DNA from: a virus
IMG/VR virus record: IMGVR_UViG_3300000271_000010
Coordinates: 8,958-72,957 of that record
Length of the DNA: 64,000 bases
Direction: 5' to 3' (one strand)
Positions 24,930 through 34,204 of this stretch are shown here, in pieces. The position numbers and the translations under genes are program-made. Position 1 is the stretch's first letter; every line of letters begins with the position of its first letter. The notes under the pieces were generated by a model that was not told where the DNA came from, did not search any database, and worked only from the letters and a program-made list of their open reading frames with translations.

Positions 24930-25102
24930 TCCACACCCAGAGCGAAGCCGATCGCGTTCAAGGTGAGGAAACCTCCGAGGACGGTGATCAGAAGCATACC
25001 CGCCTTGAGGACCTGATTCAGCAAACTGTTCGAGTTCCAGAGTATGGTGGTGAAGGCGAGTGCGATCGTTGAGATGATCAGGTAAATTTCGAGAAGGTTC
25101 AT
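24926..25102 (-). CDS. Small 2-TM membrane protein
   Basis: 58 aa, two hydrophobic helices; ATGA overlap. Confidence 0.6.
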   Translation of the reverse strand: MNLLEIYLIISTIALAFTTILWNSNSLLNQVLKAGMLLITVLGGFLTLNAIGFALGVE

Positions 25103-25575
25103 GCTTTCTTTCCCCATTGTGTGCGGCGGCCGGCGGCCGGAGCAGGTTGTTCCTTACGGACACCGGGGTTCAGAAGCGATTCCCGGTGATCCTTGATGAG
25201 AGCTTCGAGTGTATCGAGCCGATAGATTTCGTCCAGAGGGACAGCGAAGATGAACTCCTCGACATCAATCTGTTCGTAAGTCCGTTCGACGCGAGCTTGC
25301 ACAGCCGGTGGTCGGAGCGCCGGTGGAGGGGTGGGAGCCGGACGAGGTGAGTCGCCCGGCTCCTCTAGTTCATCTTCCTCTTCGTAGTCGATCGCTTTGA
25401 TCGGACCCCGCATGAGATGATTGAGACGATCCATGAGCGCCGGTTTGCTGGTGTCCACGAACACCGTCTGGTAATCCGGATCGATCTTCTTGGCATCAGC
25501 TTGCAGATGCACATATTGCGGACCGGCTGGGGTCTGGCACAAGTAGAACTTGAGTCCCTTCTGCTCGTCGCTCAT
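25099..25575 (-). CDS. Hypothetical protein with acidic/Pro-rich linker
   Basis: ATGA overlap. Confidence 0.7.
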   Translation of the reverse strand: MSDEQKGLKFYLCQTPAGPQYVHLQADAKKIDPDYQTVFVDTSKPALMDRLNHLMRGPIKAIDYEEEDELEEPGDSPRPAPTPPPALRPPAVQARVERTYEQIDVEEFIFAVPLDEIYRLDTLEALIKDHRESLLNPGVRKEQPAPAAGRRTQWGKKA

Positions 25576-26000
25576 TCGGGGTTCACCCGAATCCGGGTGT
25601 CCTCTTCCCCAAGGTAGCGGAAAGCATCGATAGTCAGGTCCCCTACCAGACAAACAGGCATGGTGGAGTCATCGACCAGATAGCTCAGAAGAACGTCCCG
25701 TGTCTTGTTAGCGTCCTCATAAGAAAGCCACTTGAACACGTAACCCATCTTGCGGCCCGACCGGTAGCAAGCGCCGACTGGCTCACCATCTAGATAGAGG
25801 GCTGAAAGACCCACCATCTCGTCGGTGCAAAGCCAGTTGAAAATGGGATACTCCTTGAGGCGGGCAAGAAGCTCCTCAGGGTAGTTGTGGATTTCATTGA
25901 TCGAGAGGTCGCTGCACATTTCAGGGATCGGTGCGGAGAAATCCCAAGGGGATTTTGCTTCCGGCTGCTCCACCCGGCGGATTGCGTCGCTGAGTTTCAT
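25572..26000 (-). CDS. Hypothetical protein
   Basis: TGATG overlap. Confidence 0.7.
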   Translation of the reverse strand: MKLSDAIRRVEQPEAKSPWDFSAPIPEMCSDLSINEIHNYPEELLARLKEYPIFNWLCTDEMVGLSALYLDGEPVGACYRSGRKMGYVFKWLSYEDANKTRDVLLSYLVDDSTMPVCLVGDLTIDAFRYLGEEDTRIRVNPE

Positions 26001-26383
26001 CAGACAAGCTCCTCCGGGTTCTCAGCCTCACGCTGGAGAACCTGACGAAGCTCAGCGGCGCGGCGGAGGTCTTCGATGATGCGATCCATCGTGCCACAGT
26101 CGGCATCGCGGAGCGTGGCTCCCAGACCGATGGCGGCTTCGATTTCGTCGTCCGGGTTTTCGGCTCGGAGCATATCGAACATCAGCGCCTCGATTTCGAA
26201 GGCGCGGTCGCTGTTGCTGACCTTGAGGCCGACTTCCTTGGCCGCTGCTTCCATACCGTCCATCATGTCGGACAGGGTGAGAAGGCGGTCCTTGCTCTTT
26301 TCGTAGGTGCCGAACGGGGCCATGTCGCAGGCATAGCGGAAGTCGCTGTAGGTGTTCGCGAGTTCGCGATTTCGGATAGTCAT
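26000..26383 (-). CDS. Hypothetical protein
   Basis: SD AAGGAGA; first gene after cassette. Confidence 0.75.
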   Translation of the reverse strand: MTIRNRELANTYSDFRYACDMAPFGTYEKSKDRLLTLSDMMDGMEAAAKEVGLKVSNSDRAFEIEALMFDMLRAENPDDEIEAAIGLGATLRDADCGTMDRIIEDLRRAAELRQVLQREAENPEELV

Positions 26384-26416
26384 GATCTGTCTCCTTGATT
26401 CGTTGTTGATGCGAAT

Positions 26417-26445
26417 CAGGTAGGACAAATCTTCCTACTCGTCAA
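26417..26445 (-). promoter_or_regulatory. Repeated boxed promoter cassette
   Basis: TTGACG-AGTA-GGAAGATTTGTCC-TACCT; leader hairpin TGATTCG/CGAATCA; overlaps upstream stop. Confidence 0.85.
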
Positions 26446-26818
26446 CGGAATAATTTACCGGGTAGCTGTTTCGGATTCGCCATAGCTCGGTCGCTTGACA
26501 GGCGTGGCCGGGTTGTCCGAACCGATCGCAGAGCCCGGTGGCTTCGGTTAGGACCTTGAGGAGGCTCGGGTTCTCTTGGATGTATTCATCCCACAGGCGA
26601 CCATACAGATCGCGACATTCGCGCCCGTTGATCGGCTTCTTGCCACGAGCTTCCTTGATTGAAAGCCCAGTTGCGCCGCAGGAGAAGACCTTGGCGGCTT
26701 GGTAGATTTGCTCGATCGACTGGTTGCCCCGTCCCTTGATGCGTGCATAGTAGGCCGAGAAGCGTTTGTCGCCGGCCGATGAGCATTCGAGGAACGGGGC
26801 TTTACCGTGGTAGATCAC
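26435..26818 (-). CDS. Hypothetical protein, possibly NADAR-like
   Basis: LECSSAGDKRFSAYYA...SIEQIYQAAKVF; E..YQA.K.F resembles the NADAR motif; unverified. Confidence 0.45.
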   Translation of the reverse strand: MIYHGKAPFLECSSAGDKRFSAYYARIKGRGNQSIEQIYQAAKVFSCGATGLSIKEARGKKPINGRECRDLYGRLWDEYIQENPSLLKVLTEATGLCDRFGQPGHACQATELWRIRNSYPVNYSVDE

Positions 26819-28029
26819 TGGATTTCGGTGCCATCTTCCTTGAGGAGATAGGCCGGCGAAACCGCCTTGAGGATCGGCCGCATCCGCTCGCCGCGATGTT
26901 CGATCGGAGACTGGTTACCAGCGTGCTTGATCACCACACCTTCACGGACGTGCTTGGCACCCTGCCATTCCAGCGGGGCGTCGCGAAGCTGTTCGATGAT
27001 CGCCATATCGAAGGGACCATCGTAGAGCAGCGGGACTTCCGCAATATCATACTGATCGAAGTGGAACTCGATCGCCTGAGAATCAGCATACTCCCGATCG
27101 ATCCGCAGATCGAAGGCACGGAACTCTGGCTTAGAGAGCCCGTAGTTGAACCGCTGGATACCGGGACCGAACGTCTCGCCGAAGATGTCGATCGAGTCGC
27201 AGCCGAGAGCGTCTGCCATCTGTTCAATCTTTTCGATCAGACGGTTCTCGATCGCAGCGCGAACGTAGACGTTCCCAACCCGGTTTGCTTCGGTATCGAT
27301 CATGACAATGCCCTTGGCCCCAAGCCCCTTGGATGCCACAGCGATGTTCTTGTTCGGACCGAACAGCCGGTCGTCGTTGACGTTCCGCCGGTAGCTGATC
27401 CGGGTGAACGTGCCGTGCAGCTTCTCGGTGACAACCACCGGTTCGCCCTTCTCAAAGAAGTCCGGCCAGCGCTGGATCGAATCGAAGTCGTAAGTAAGCG
27501 CGAACTCGGGGATGCCGGCCGCATCGCCGTTCATGCCCGCCGGGACGGGCGGCTCATACTTGGTGATTCCGAAGAAGTCAGCCACATCATCGCCTTCTGC
27601 GACTCCGATCATGATGATACCGCCCGGTGCAGGCTTGACCACCGTTGGTTGTCCTCCGGTGTAGATACCTGTCTCAACCACATTCGCGAGCGGCCAGACG
27701 AGGCCCTGCGAATAAACGCCCCGCAGGCGAATGATCTTAACGCGATCGCCCTGCTTACCGGCCAGCATCCCGGTGTCCTTCTCGACATTCCAGTAGCCAT
27801 AGTGCTTGAGGAGGTCGTGAGGGACGACCGCTGCCTCAGGCACGTAGATGATCAGATCACCTGCCCGATAGCGGTGAACATAGGTTGCCTCCCCTTCCTG
27901 AACGGAAGGGTCAGGAATTTTGGCGGTGATCGCGCGGTAACCGAGGATCGTGACGATCGACAGACGGTCAGCGTCGGGGTGATCTTCCACCGCATCGATG
28001 CGGCGAACTTTGACTTCGAAGTTGCTCAT
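26815..28029 (-). CDS. RNA ligase, DRB0094/Rnl2-type with N-terminal OB-like domain
   Basis: HPDADRL N-terminus; VTEKLHGT (motif I), FGETFG, FRAFDL, REGVVIK, LKAVS; SD AGGAGA. Confidence 0.9.
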   Translation of the reverse strand: MSNFEVKVRRIDAVEDHPDADRLSIVTILGYRAITAKIPDPSVQEGEATYVHRYRAGDLIIYVPEAAVVPHDLLKHYGYWNVEKDTGMLAGKQGDRVKIIRLRGVYSQGLVWPLANVVETGIYTGGQPTVVKPAPGGIIMIGVAEGDDVADFFGITKYEPPVPAGMNGDAAGIPEFALTYDFDSIQRWPDFFEKGEPVVVTEKLHGTFTRISYRRNVNDDRLFGPNKNIAVASKGLGAKGIVMIDTEANRVGNVYVRAAIENRLIEKIEQMADALGCDSIDIFGETFGPGIQRFNYGLSKPEFRAFDLRIDREYADSQAIEFHFDQYDIAEVPLLYDGPFDMAIIEQLRDAPLEWQGAKHVREGVVIKHAGNQSPIEHRGERMRPILKAVSPAYLLKEDGTEIQ

Positions 28030-28040
28030 GGTGTCTCCTG

Positions 28041-28310
28041 TTAGTTGATTCCGAAAACCTGAAAAACGGCTTGACGCTCTTCCTCGCTCATCCCGTCTAA
28101 TCGGGCTCTGATCGCGTTTGTAGCCAGAAGTCGTTTCTCTTGCTGCTGCTTTGTCCGCTCCCTCAGTCTTGGAACGTAGCACGCCCGCCAAGCCTCATTC
28201 GCTTCGATCAGGAAAGGAAGCAGGTCTCGGTGAGGTAAGCGGATAGCCCGCGCCTCACCAAACCGGCGTTCGGCAGCCTGATACCTTTCTAGGAGGATGT
28301 TGTCTTCCAT
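28041..28310 (-). CDS. Hypothetical basic protein
   Basis: ATG after GAGGA. Confidence 0.55.
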   Translation of the reverse strand: MEDNILLERYQAAERRFGEARAIRLPHRDLLPFLIEANEAWRACYVPRLRERTKQQQEKRLLATNAIRARLDGMSEEERQAVFQVFGIN

Positions 28311-28311
28311 A

Positions 28312-28527
28312 TCAGTCCTCGGCGTTGACGCGTTCAATGTAGTTGATGATCCCTGCAATCTGTGTGTCCGTCGCATCAAGTATGACGAACTGGCTATCCA
28401 GAATGCTCTTGTCTTCGATGAACCGGATGCCGGCTCGTTGAAGAGCCCGGCGAAACGGACCGCGTATCAACAAGCCGGCAGTTACCGGGAAGCGGGATGT
28501 GTCTTCCGGGAAGGTGTAGATTTTCAT
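28312..28527 (-). CDS. Hypothetical protein
   Basis: FIEDKSILDSQF motif; tiles operon. Confidence 0.65.
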   Translation of the reverse strand: MKIYTFPEDTSRFPVTAGLLIRGPFRRALQRAGIRFIEDKSILDSQFVILDATDTQIAGIINYIERVNAED

Positions 28528-28528
28528 C

Positions 28529-29506
28529 TCAGTCGGTCAACTGGTAGTGATGAAGCTGGAGAACCAGTTCATCAATCGCAGCGAGGTCCGACTTCCCCGG
28601 AAGTGGTGAAATCAACGCGGCGGCGTCCACTTCCTCCACCATTTCTTCCAGATCAGGAGCGATCACATTGTAGTCGAACGCCCCACGCTTGACCGCCAAC
28701 AGATAGTCGGCGTTCGGGCGTGGGAAAGTGATATGACCGGTCAGCAGCAATTCCTTGGCCTGACCAGCGACGCGGAGAGCATGGCTGATCGCCTTCCAGT
28801 CGATCCCTTCGTTATTCATGGCGGCGCGGGCGCGTTCACCATAGTTCTCGTAGACCTTGGAATAGATGTCGAGAGCGTTCTTGATCGAGTTGGTGAAGGG
28901 CACCTTGCGGTCCACCACGTCGAGGTGAAGCATTTCCTTACCGGCTTGGCTCGGGATGTTGACGATTTCCGAGAACTCGTGTGTCCCACAGAAGATTGCA
29001 AGCTCCTTGGAAAGCTCTCCTAGCTTGGCAGTCGTTCCGTATTCACGAACGGCATGATCGAGCATGACCACCAGATCACGGCACGCCGCCATGCGCGAGC
29101 CCTTGATGCCATACTTGGCAGCCTGCCGCTGGCAGTAGCCTACGAAGCCCTTGCACTGCTTGTTGAGCAGCAGATGCTTGTTCTGGCGGATCAGTTCCCA
29201 GTCAGGGTCCATCTCGACGATCGCCCAGTCAGGGGCGAACAGAAGCTCGGTCCCGACGGTATCACCACTGGTGACCATCTTGAGGAACTTCTGGAGCGGG
29301 AACGACTGATCGTCCACATCATCCTGTGTGTTCTTCGTGGTGTTGTCACCGGTGCCTTTATCAATGACATTGGGGACGCGCTGGAGAAGGATGTCGCGGC
29401 CGGCTGGCAAGAACACACCCTTGAAGTCCAGATCGGACGTAGGGGTGCTGGTGCCATACAGATGCGATCCATGCTGGATGCGGAGGAGTGTTTTGGCGGG
29501 TTGCAT
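28529..29506 (-). CDS. RlaP-like nucleotidyltransferase (Pol-beta superfamily)
   Basis: HGSHLYGTSTPTSDLDFKGVF; GYC..QA.KY; DWKAISHALR; L.ITFPRP...LLAVKRG. Confidence 0.88.
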   Translation of the reverse strand: MQPAKTLLRIQHGSHLYGTSTPTSDLDFKGVFLPAGRDILLQRVPNVIDKGTGDNTTKNTQDDVDDQSFPLQKFLKMVTSGDTVGTELLFAPDWAIVEMDPDWELIRQNKHLLLNKQCKGFVGYCQRQAAKYGIKGSRMAACRDLVVMLDHAVREYGTTAKLGELSKELAIFCGTHEFSEIVNIPSQAGKEMLHLDVVDRKVPFTNSIKNALDIYSKVYENYGERARAAMNNEGIDWKAISHALRVAGQAKELLLTGHITFPRPNADYLLAVKRGAFDYNVIAPDLEEMVEEVDAAALISPLPGKSDLAAIDELVLQLHHYQLTD

Positions 29507-29685
29507 CAGCGAAGGGGTTCCTTGTATTGAGCGACGGTGACCTTGAGAACGCCGCCGTCGTTGTCATAGACGAAAAAGGTCGCTGCATCGGCTTCGACCC
29601 TGACCTCACTGGTGTCAGATATCGCGGCGCGTTGTGCGGTCTTGTTGCGAAAAGCTCTGGCGAGGCTACTAGGTGTAACGCTCAT
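29506..29685 (-). CDS. Hypothetical protein (59 aa, below ORF-track cutoff)
   Basis: MSVTPSSLARAFRNK...VAQYKEPLR*; ATGA and TGATG overlaps. Confidence 0.6.
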   Translation of the reverse strand: MSVTPSSLARAFRNKTAQRAAISDTSEVRVEADAATFFVYDNDGGVLKVTVAQYKEPLR

Positions 29686-30254
29686 GCTGCCTTCTTGAGG
29701 TCAGGCACCTGCTTCAATCGGCGGGTCGGCCATTGGTTGAAGGGCTTGCCCAGCTTCGAGTGGTTGACGATCTGCTGCGTCTTCCACGCCTGCACTTCAC
29801 CATCTGGCTTGGTGACGATGAGAGTGGAGTAGTCCCAAACGTGGTTGCCGTGGAGCTTGGCCTTGGTGACTTCACCGATCTTCTTCACCAGCTTGGCGAC
29901 GAAAGCATCGTAATCGAGTGCAGCCCATTCCATACGCTGCTCGATAAAGCGAACAACCTTGTCTTCATCAATGACGACGAAGTGCGGGGCTCCCCGCTGA
30001 AACGACGAACGGTGATTCGGGTCCGGCTTCACCAGAGAATGGAATTTCTGGTAACGGAGACGGGCACCTTCGCGGGCATATCCGTGCAGTGCGTTGGGGC
30101 CAAAGTTCTCGGGATAAGGGGCGGCTTTGTTTATGTCGCCACCGGCATCCGCAAGGTCTTCCCGGACGCGTTGGATCGCAGCTTCCGCCTCTTGCTTGGC
30201 GCGCTCGATAGCGTGCTTCTTGAGCGGCTTAACGACTTTTTCGATGGGGTTCAT
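29682..30254 (-). CDS. Hypothetical protein
   Basis: SD GAGGAG; IVNHSKLGKPFNQWPTR block; first gene after cassette. Confidence 0.75.
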   Translation of the reverse strand: MNPIEKVVKPLKKHAIERAKQEAEAAIQRVREDLADAGGDINKAAPYPENFGPNALHGYAREGARLRYQKFHSLVKPDPNHRSSFQRGAPHFVVIDEDKVVRFIEQRMEWAALDYDAFVAKLVKKIGEVTKAKLHGNHVWDYSTLIVTKPDGEVQAWKTQQIVNHSKLGKPFNQWPTRRLKQVPDLKKAA

Positions 30255-30288
30255 GATGGTGTCTCCTCGATTCGTTGTTGATGTGATT

Positions 30289-30317
30289 CGATTAGGACAA
30301 ATCTTCCGGTTCGTCAA
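30289..30317 (-). promoter_or_regulatory. Repeated boxed promoter cassette
   Basis: TTGACG-AACC-GGAAGATTTGTCC-TAATC. Confidence 0.85.
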
Positions 30318-30322
30318 GCCTA

Positions 30323-30610
30323 TTAATCCGTCGCCCAGTCGTCGAACCGATCGGCGGCAGCTTGTGCCACTTCCCATATTGTCTTGTCGAGTCCATCCAA
30401 CGTCTCTTGCAAGAACGGACAGTCAGGACCACCGGGACCTGCTTCTGCCTGCATCTCTTCGAACATCGTCTGTGCGTTCTGGATTTCGCTTTCGTATCCA
30501 GTGTGCCCATTCTTCGTCATGAAACGCAGCGCTTGGGCAGTCGCCGGGCAGGTGTAGGGATCAGCCGGCTTGCGGAGGCGGTTGATGTTGCAGATCATAG
30601 CGCCTTCCAT
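30323..30610 (-). CDS. Hypothetical protein
   Basis: TGATG overlap. Confidence 0.65.
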   Translation of the reverse strand: MEGAMICNINRLRKPADPYTCPATAQALRFMTKNGHTGYESEIQNAQTMFEEMQAEAGPGGPDCPFLQETLDGLDKTIWEVAQAAADRFDDWATD

Positions 30611-30951
30611 CAGAGTATCCAGAACTTCCAGATCGCGCCGCTGATGAGCGCAAACGTGAAGTAGAGCGCGAAGAAAACAAGGTGGTTAAAGCCCTGATAA
30701 TAGGCAGGCTTGTCGTCGTTCTTCTCGGACGTGTCCATCTTCGCCCGGATCAATTGAGAGATCAGCAAGATGCCAATCGACAAGCTGACGGACAGTGGTT
30801 GATAACCTGATGGGACCACGAACCAGTCCCAGAAGGTGCGCAGCACGTAGGCAGCGTAGTAGGTGACGAGGAAGCTGAACACCATGAGGATAACCCACAT
30901 GACAATGGCGAGAACCACACTTTCGGTGGCTTGTTCTACCGGGCTCTTCAT
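30610..30951 (-). CDS. Membrane protein (about 3 TM)
   Basis: Three hydrophobic segments; ATGA overlap. Confidence 0.75.
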   Translation of the reverse strand: MKSPVEQATESVVLAIVMWVILMVFSFLVTYYAAYVLRTFWDWFVVPSGYQPLSVSLSIGILLISQLIRAKMDTSEKNDDKPAYYQGFNHLVFFALYFTFALISGAIWKFWIL

Positions 30952-31259
30952 GCTGCATCTCCATCGCGGAAGCCCATCTGACCGCGTGCGATCAAGACAT
31001 CGGCGAAATAGTCGGCCGGGCTCAGCCCTGCTTCGAACGAAGTATAAGCGTAGTCGATAGAGAAGCCGTCCTCAGCTTCACTGCCGTCGAGGCCGCGCTG
31101 GGGTGTGGTGGCTCCCACATCGATGAGGAGGTTTTCCACCTCTTCCGACCAAGCGGCCCAGCCCTTGTATTGCTGGCTGTCCACCAGTTCGGTGTCGCCC
31201 ATTTCGTATTCGTGTTCGCGCCGCATAATCTCGGCGTCGGTGTGATCATTCTCGAACAT
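30948..31259 (-). CDS. Acidic hypothetical protein
   Basis: SD AGGAGA; first gene after cassette. Confidence 0.75.
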   Translation of the reverse strand: MFENDHTDAEIMRREHEYEMGDTELVDSQQYKGWAAWSEEVENLLIDVGATTPQRGLDGSEAEDGFSIDYAYTSFEAGLSPADYFADVLIARGQMGFRDGDAA

Positions 31260-31287
31260 ATTGTCTCCTGTTGCTGTGACACGAATC

Positions 31288-31316
31288 GGAATAGGATGAT
31301 TCTTCCGGTTCGTCAA
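31288..31316 (-). promoter_or_regulatory. Repeated boxed promoter cassette
   Basis: TTGACG-AACC-GGAAGAATCATCC-TATTC; thioredoxin TGA inside TTGACG. Confidence 0.85.
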
Positions 31317-31639
31317 GCATCCTTTTTCTTGGACAAGAGATTTTCCAACCAGTCGGCTAACTGATCGTAGGTCGAAGTGCCCATCCGGGTTCCCAGCGGC
31401 TCGCCTTTGTCGAAAAGGATCATGGTGGGCGTCTGCTTGACTTGGTAGGTGCGCGTGATGACAGGGTTCTTTTCCACGTCGATGTCCACGAGGATTACTT
31501 CCTCAAAGTCATCGGACAGTTGGTCAAGAAGCGGGTCAAGCATCGCAGAGGGGCCGCAGAAGGAAGCCTTGAAGACCAGCATGACCGGCTCCTTGGTTTC
31601 CTTCAACGTCTGTTCGAACGTGTTGTCATCGAACTTCAT
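31313..31639 (-). CDS. Thioredoxin-fold protein with CGPS (CxxS) site
   Basis: VMLVFKASFCGPSAML...VDIDVEKNP...YQVKQTPTMILFDKG (cis-Pro TP). Confidence 0.85.
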   Translation of the reverse strand: MKFDDNTFEQTLKETKEPVMLVFKASFCGPSAMLDPLLDQLSDDFEEVILVDIDVEKNPVITRTYQVKQTPTMILFDKGEPLGTRMGTSTYDQLADWLENLLSKKKDA

Positions 31640-31640
31640 A

Positions 31641-32186
31641 TCAGCGCCCGTCGAAGTTGCTGGGCATCCGGCAAGGACCGCGCGACTTCTTGATCGCCTC
31701 GGTCGGCTTCGCCTTCGGCTGCCCCGGTGTGTAAGGCTTGGTGACTTCGACGAAGGCTGCATCGACGAAGTAGCCTTCCGGCATCTTCTTCTCCTTCGCA
31801 TCCCACTTGGGATCGATGTCGATCTGAATCGCGCCGTAGAGCGGGACGAGGATGATCGTGGCAACCCCGGCGATGCCGTGGATCAGCGACTTGCACTCGT
31901 CTCCCAGCTTGACGTGAAGACCTTCGGGGACTTCATCGTCCCGGTGGCGATCCGGGAAGGCTTCGACCAGTTCGAGCCGGTTTCCGTCACACGCGTAGAG
32001 TTCGCCCGGCTTCGACCCTTCGGGCGGAAGCTCAATCGTGAACCGGTCGCAGCCGGTCAGGTGATAAGCCCGCGTGGTTGCAATCCCTTCCAGTCCGTTG
32101 ATCTTATCCCGAACCTTGTCTCCGAGACGGAACGGCCACGTCAGCGATCCGGGCTGCTGGATGATTGGTTTGTCGTTCTTAGCCAT
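31641..32186 (-). CDS. Protein with two tandem SH3/KOW-like repeats
   Basis: FRLGDKVRDKINGLEGIAT and VKLGDECKSLIHGIAGVAT. Confidence 0.7.
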   Translation of the reverse strand: MAKNDKPIIQQPGSLTWPFRLGDKVRDKINGLEGIATTRAYHLTGCDRFTIELPPEGSKPGELYACDGNRLELVEAFPDRHRDDEVPEGLHVKLGDECKSLIHGIAGVATIILVPLYGAIQIDIDPKWDAKEKKMPEGYFVDAAFVEVTKPYTPGQPKAKPTEAIKKSRGPCRMPSNFDGR

Positions 32187-32197
32187 ATCGTCGCTCC

Positions 32198-32554
32198 TTA
32201 GAGGTTTTCGCTGAGTTCAATAATATCTTCCGGGACTTCATAGGCATCCCACGCCTTGTTGACATTGCCTACGCTGTCTGTTTCGTCAAGCGCAAAGGCC
32301 ATACCGGCTTGAAACCCGCTGTGGAAGGCATGTTCACCAGAAGTCACAAGCAAGTCAGTCATTCGTCCGCTGTTAGCAAACGTATCATGATCGCCGATTG
32401 GGACAATCGCTATTCCATCCAGTGGGATTGCCACAGTGTTCTTGCCCTCAAAGTGGGTGATCATGTGATCTGGATAACCAGCTTCACAGAGCGCGGCTGC
32501 TATGTATTCCCAAGCCGCAAGGGGGATAGGGAGGTAAGCTACTGTGTTCGTCAA
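32198..32554 (-). CDS. Hypothetical protein
   Basis: Overlaps upstream stop. Confidence 0.65.
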   Translation of the reverse strand: MTNTVAYLPIPLAAWEYIAAALCEAGYPDHMITHFEGKNTVAIPLDGIAIVPIGDHDTFANSGRMTDLLVTSGEHAFHSGFQAGMAFALDETDSVGNVNKAWDAYEVPEDIIELSENL

Positions 32555-32793
32555 TTTCCCCGTTCCTTTTTCCAGAGAGCAAATGCGTATGCTTCGGTAG
32601 CTTTCCGCATCTCGATCAGTCGATCGATACGGCGTTGTTGTTCCGATCGGTGAAGTGGGTGCATTCCGTCGTGAATGCCTTGTTCGATTCTGATCATCCG
32701 CTCCAGCCGCTCAGCTTGAGCTTTGACGCTGTGTGATGTTTCCTTGAACGCACCAAAGTCATCCGATGGTTCCAAGAAGGTTGGTCGCTCCAT
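32551..32793 (-). CDS. Hypothetical protein
   Basis: TGATG overlap. Confidence 0.6.
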   Translation of the reverse strand: MERPTFLEPSDDFGAFKETSHSVKAQAERLERMIRIEQGIHDGMHPLHRSEQQRRIDRLIEMRKATEAYAFALWKKERGN

Positions 32794-33740
32794 CAATAAT
32801 GTCCATTTGTGCTAGCGTTCTTCATCTTCACGGATGGGCGCTCATATTCGTAAAAATACCCATTTTCGGTAGCATTCTTAGTTTTCACGGACTCGCGCTG
32901 TTGTTCGCTTAGATTATTCGCCAGTTCCATTGTGTTGTAAAGCTCACGACGGATGTGAGATTCGCTACGACCACGTAACTCACGAGCCTTGCGTTGGGCG
33001 GCGCGAAAATCTTTCCGATCGACCTTAATAATACCGTCGTCGAGGGTGAGAAACGCAAGCGGGTGAGGGTCACCGAACTGCTGTAGCATCAAACCATCGT
33101 CGAAGCCTATGTCGTTATAAAGCAGGTATTCAACGAGCCGTTGAAAATCCGTGGTCGGTGAAACTTCCTCAGGAAGAGGGGCGGGGTCATGCATCCAGAA
33201 CGGCTGCCCCGTCTCGCGAGCTTTCTTCCAGTCTGGGTTCAACCAGAAGGCACTAGGATGTTTCTTGAAAGCTTCCAAACGCTCCCGCTCTTCATCCCAG
33301 TCCGGTGTCTGAGGACGGGGGACAGGCTTGGGCTCTGGCTTCGGCGGCGTTCGTTCGTTGTAGAACCAGATCGTGGATTCACTCACCCCTTCCGGGTTCG
33401 CCCACCGGCCGGATACCTTCTTACCTTGGAAGTTATAGCAGGCAAAGAGATAATCCACCGACCAGTGCGTATATTCACCAGTGAACTTCTTACGGATTTC
33501 ACGATCGAGTCCCGCCCGGCCGCCGGTGACGAGAGCCGAACGAATCTCATAGCGAGACATACGCGCGCTCGACTTGAGATCAAGTTCATTATTCCGCATC
33601 CGGAAGATGTCGCCAATCGTAGGTTGGCCGTTTGCCCGGCGATCTGGTGTGGTAACACGCAAGGTCCAAATGGCTTCGGCAATCACGTATGCGACCAGCA
33701 GCGCCATGCAGCCATAGATGACCATGTTCATGGTCGTCAT
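32793..33740 (-). CDS. Membrane-anchored hypothetical protein (315 aa)
   Basis: N-terminal TM; Pro-rich linker; duplicated VKxKNAxxNG at C-terminus. Confidence 0.7.
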   Translation of the reverse strand: MTTMNMVIYGCMALLVAYVIAEAIWTLRVTTPDRRANGQPTIGDIFRMRNNELDLKSSARMSRYEIRSALVTGGRAGLDREIRKKFTGEYTHWSVDYLFACYNFQGKKVSGRWANPEGVSESTIWFYNERTPPKPEPKPVPRPQTPDWDEERERLEAFKKHPSAFWLNPDWKKARETGQPFWMHDPAPLPEEVSPTTDFQRLVEYLLYNDIGFDDGLMLQQFGDPHPLAFLTLDDGIIKVDRKDFRAAQRKARELRGRSESHIRRELYNTMELANNLSEQQRESVKTKNATENGYFYEYERPSVKMKNASTNGHY

Positions 33741-34204
33741 ACGTAAAGCCGATCAAACTCGGAGTTCTTCCACCACGCCTTGGGGTCTTCGAACTCAGCG
33801 ATCTTCTCCAGAAGAATTTCTTCCGGGACCCGGTGGGCGTGCGGGCGAATGCGGTTGCATGTCAGCAGGAACTCAGCCGATCGTTCGATGATCATCAGCT
33901 TGACATCCTGACGCTGCGAGATCGCGTAGTAGATAAACGGCTGGACTGCCTCGTAGACAAGGCCCGTGTCGGTCACCGCCCACTCAGGGGTCGGCCACTT
34001 CTCCATGGCGCTGAGCATGGTGTGCGTGATGACCTGCGATCGCTGGTCACGCGGCATCGCGCTCTCGTGGTAAGCTCGCCGGCTTCCCCACAGAGCTTCC
34101 CGGAAGCGATCACGTTCCAGTCGGAGATAGTTGTCCGGTAGGTTCTTATCAGCCCAAGTGGACTTACCTGCGCCGGGGCAACCGATGGTTATGAACAAAC
34201 TCAT
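33737..34204 (-). CDS. P-loop kinase, PseT/PNK kinase-domain-like
   Basis: IGCPGAGKSTWA, ERDRFRE, VTDT, CNRIR...RVPEE. Confidence 0.82.
   Translation of the reverse strand: MSLFITIGCPGAGKSTWADKNLPDNYLRLERDRFREALWGSRRAYHESAMPRDQRSQVITHTMLSAMEKWPTPEWAVTDTGLVYEAVQPFIYYAISQRQDVKLMIIERSAEFLLTCNRIRPHAHRVPEEILLEKIAEFEDPKAWWKNSEFDRLYV

Noticed and set aside
6856-28044. Long plus-strand ORFs (6856-7890, 10144-10947, 10862-12034, 26743-28044, also 62501-63343)
   Set aside because: Antisense shadows of well-supported minus-strand genes in GC-rich DNA; no SD or motifs.
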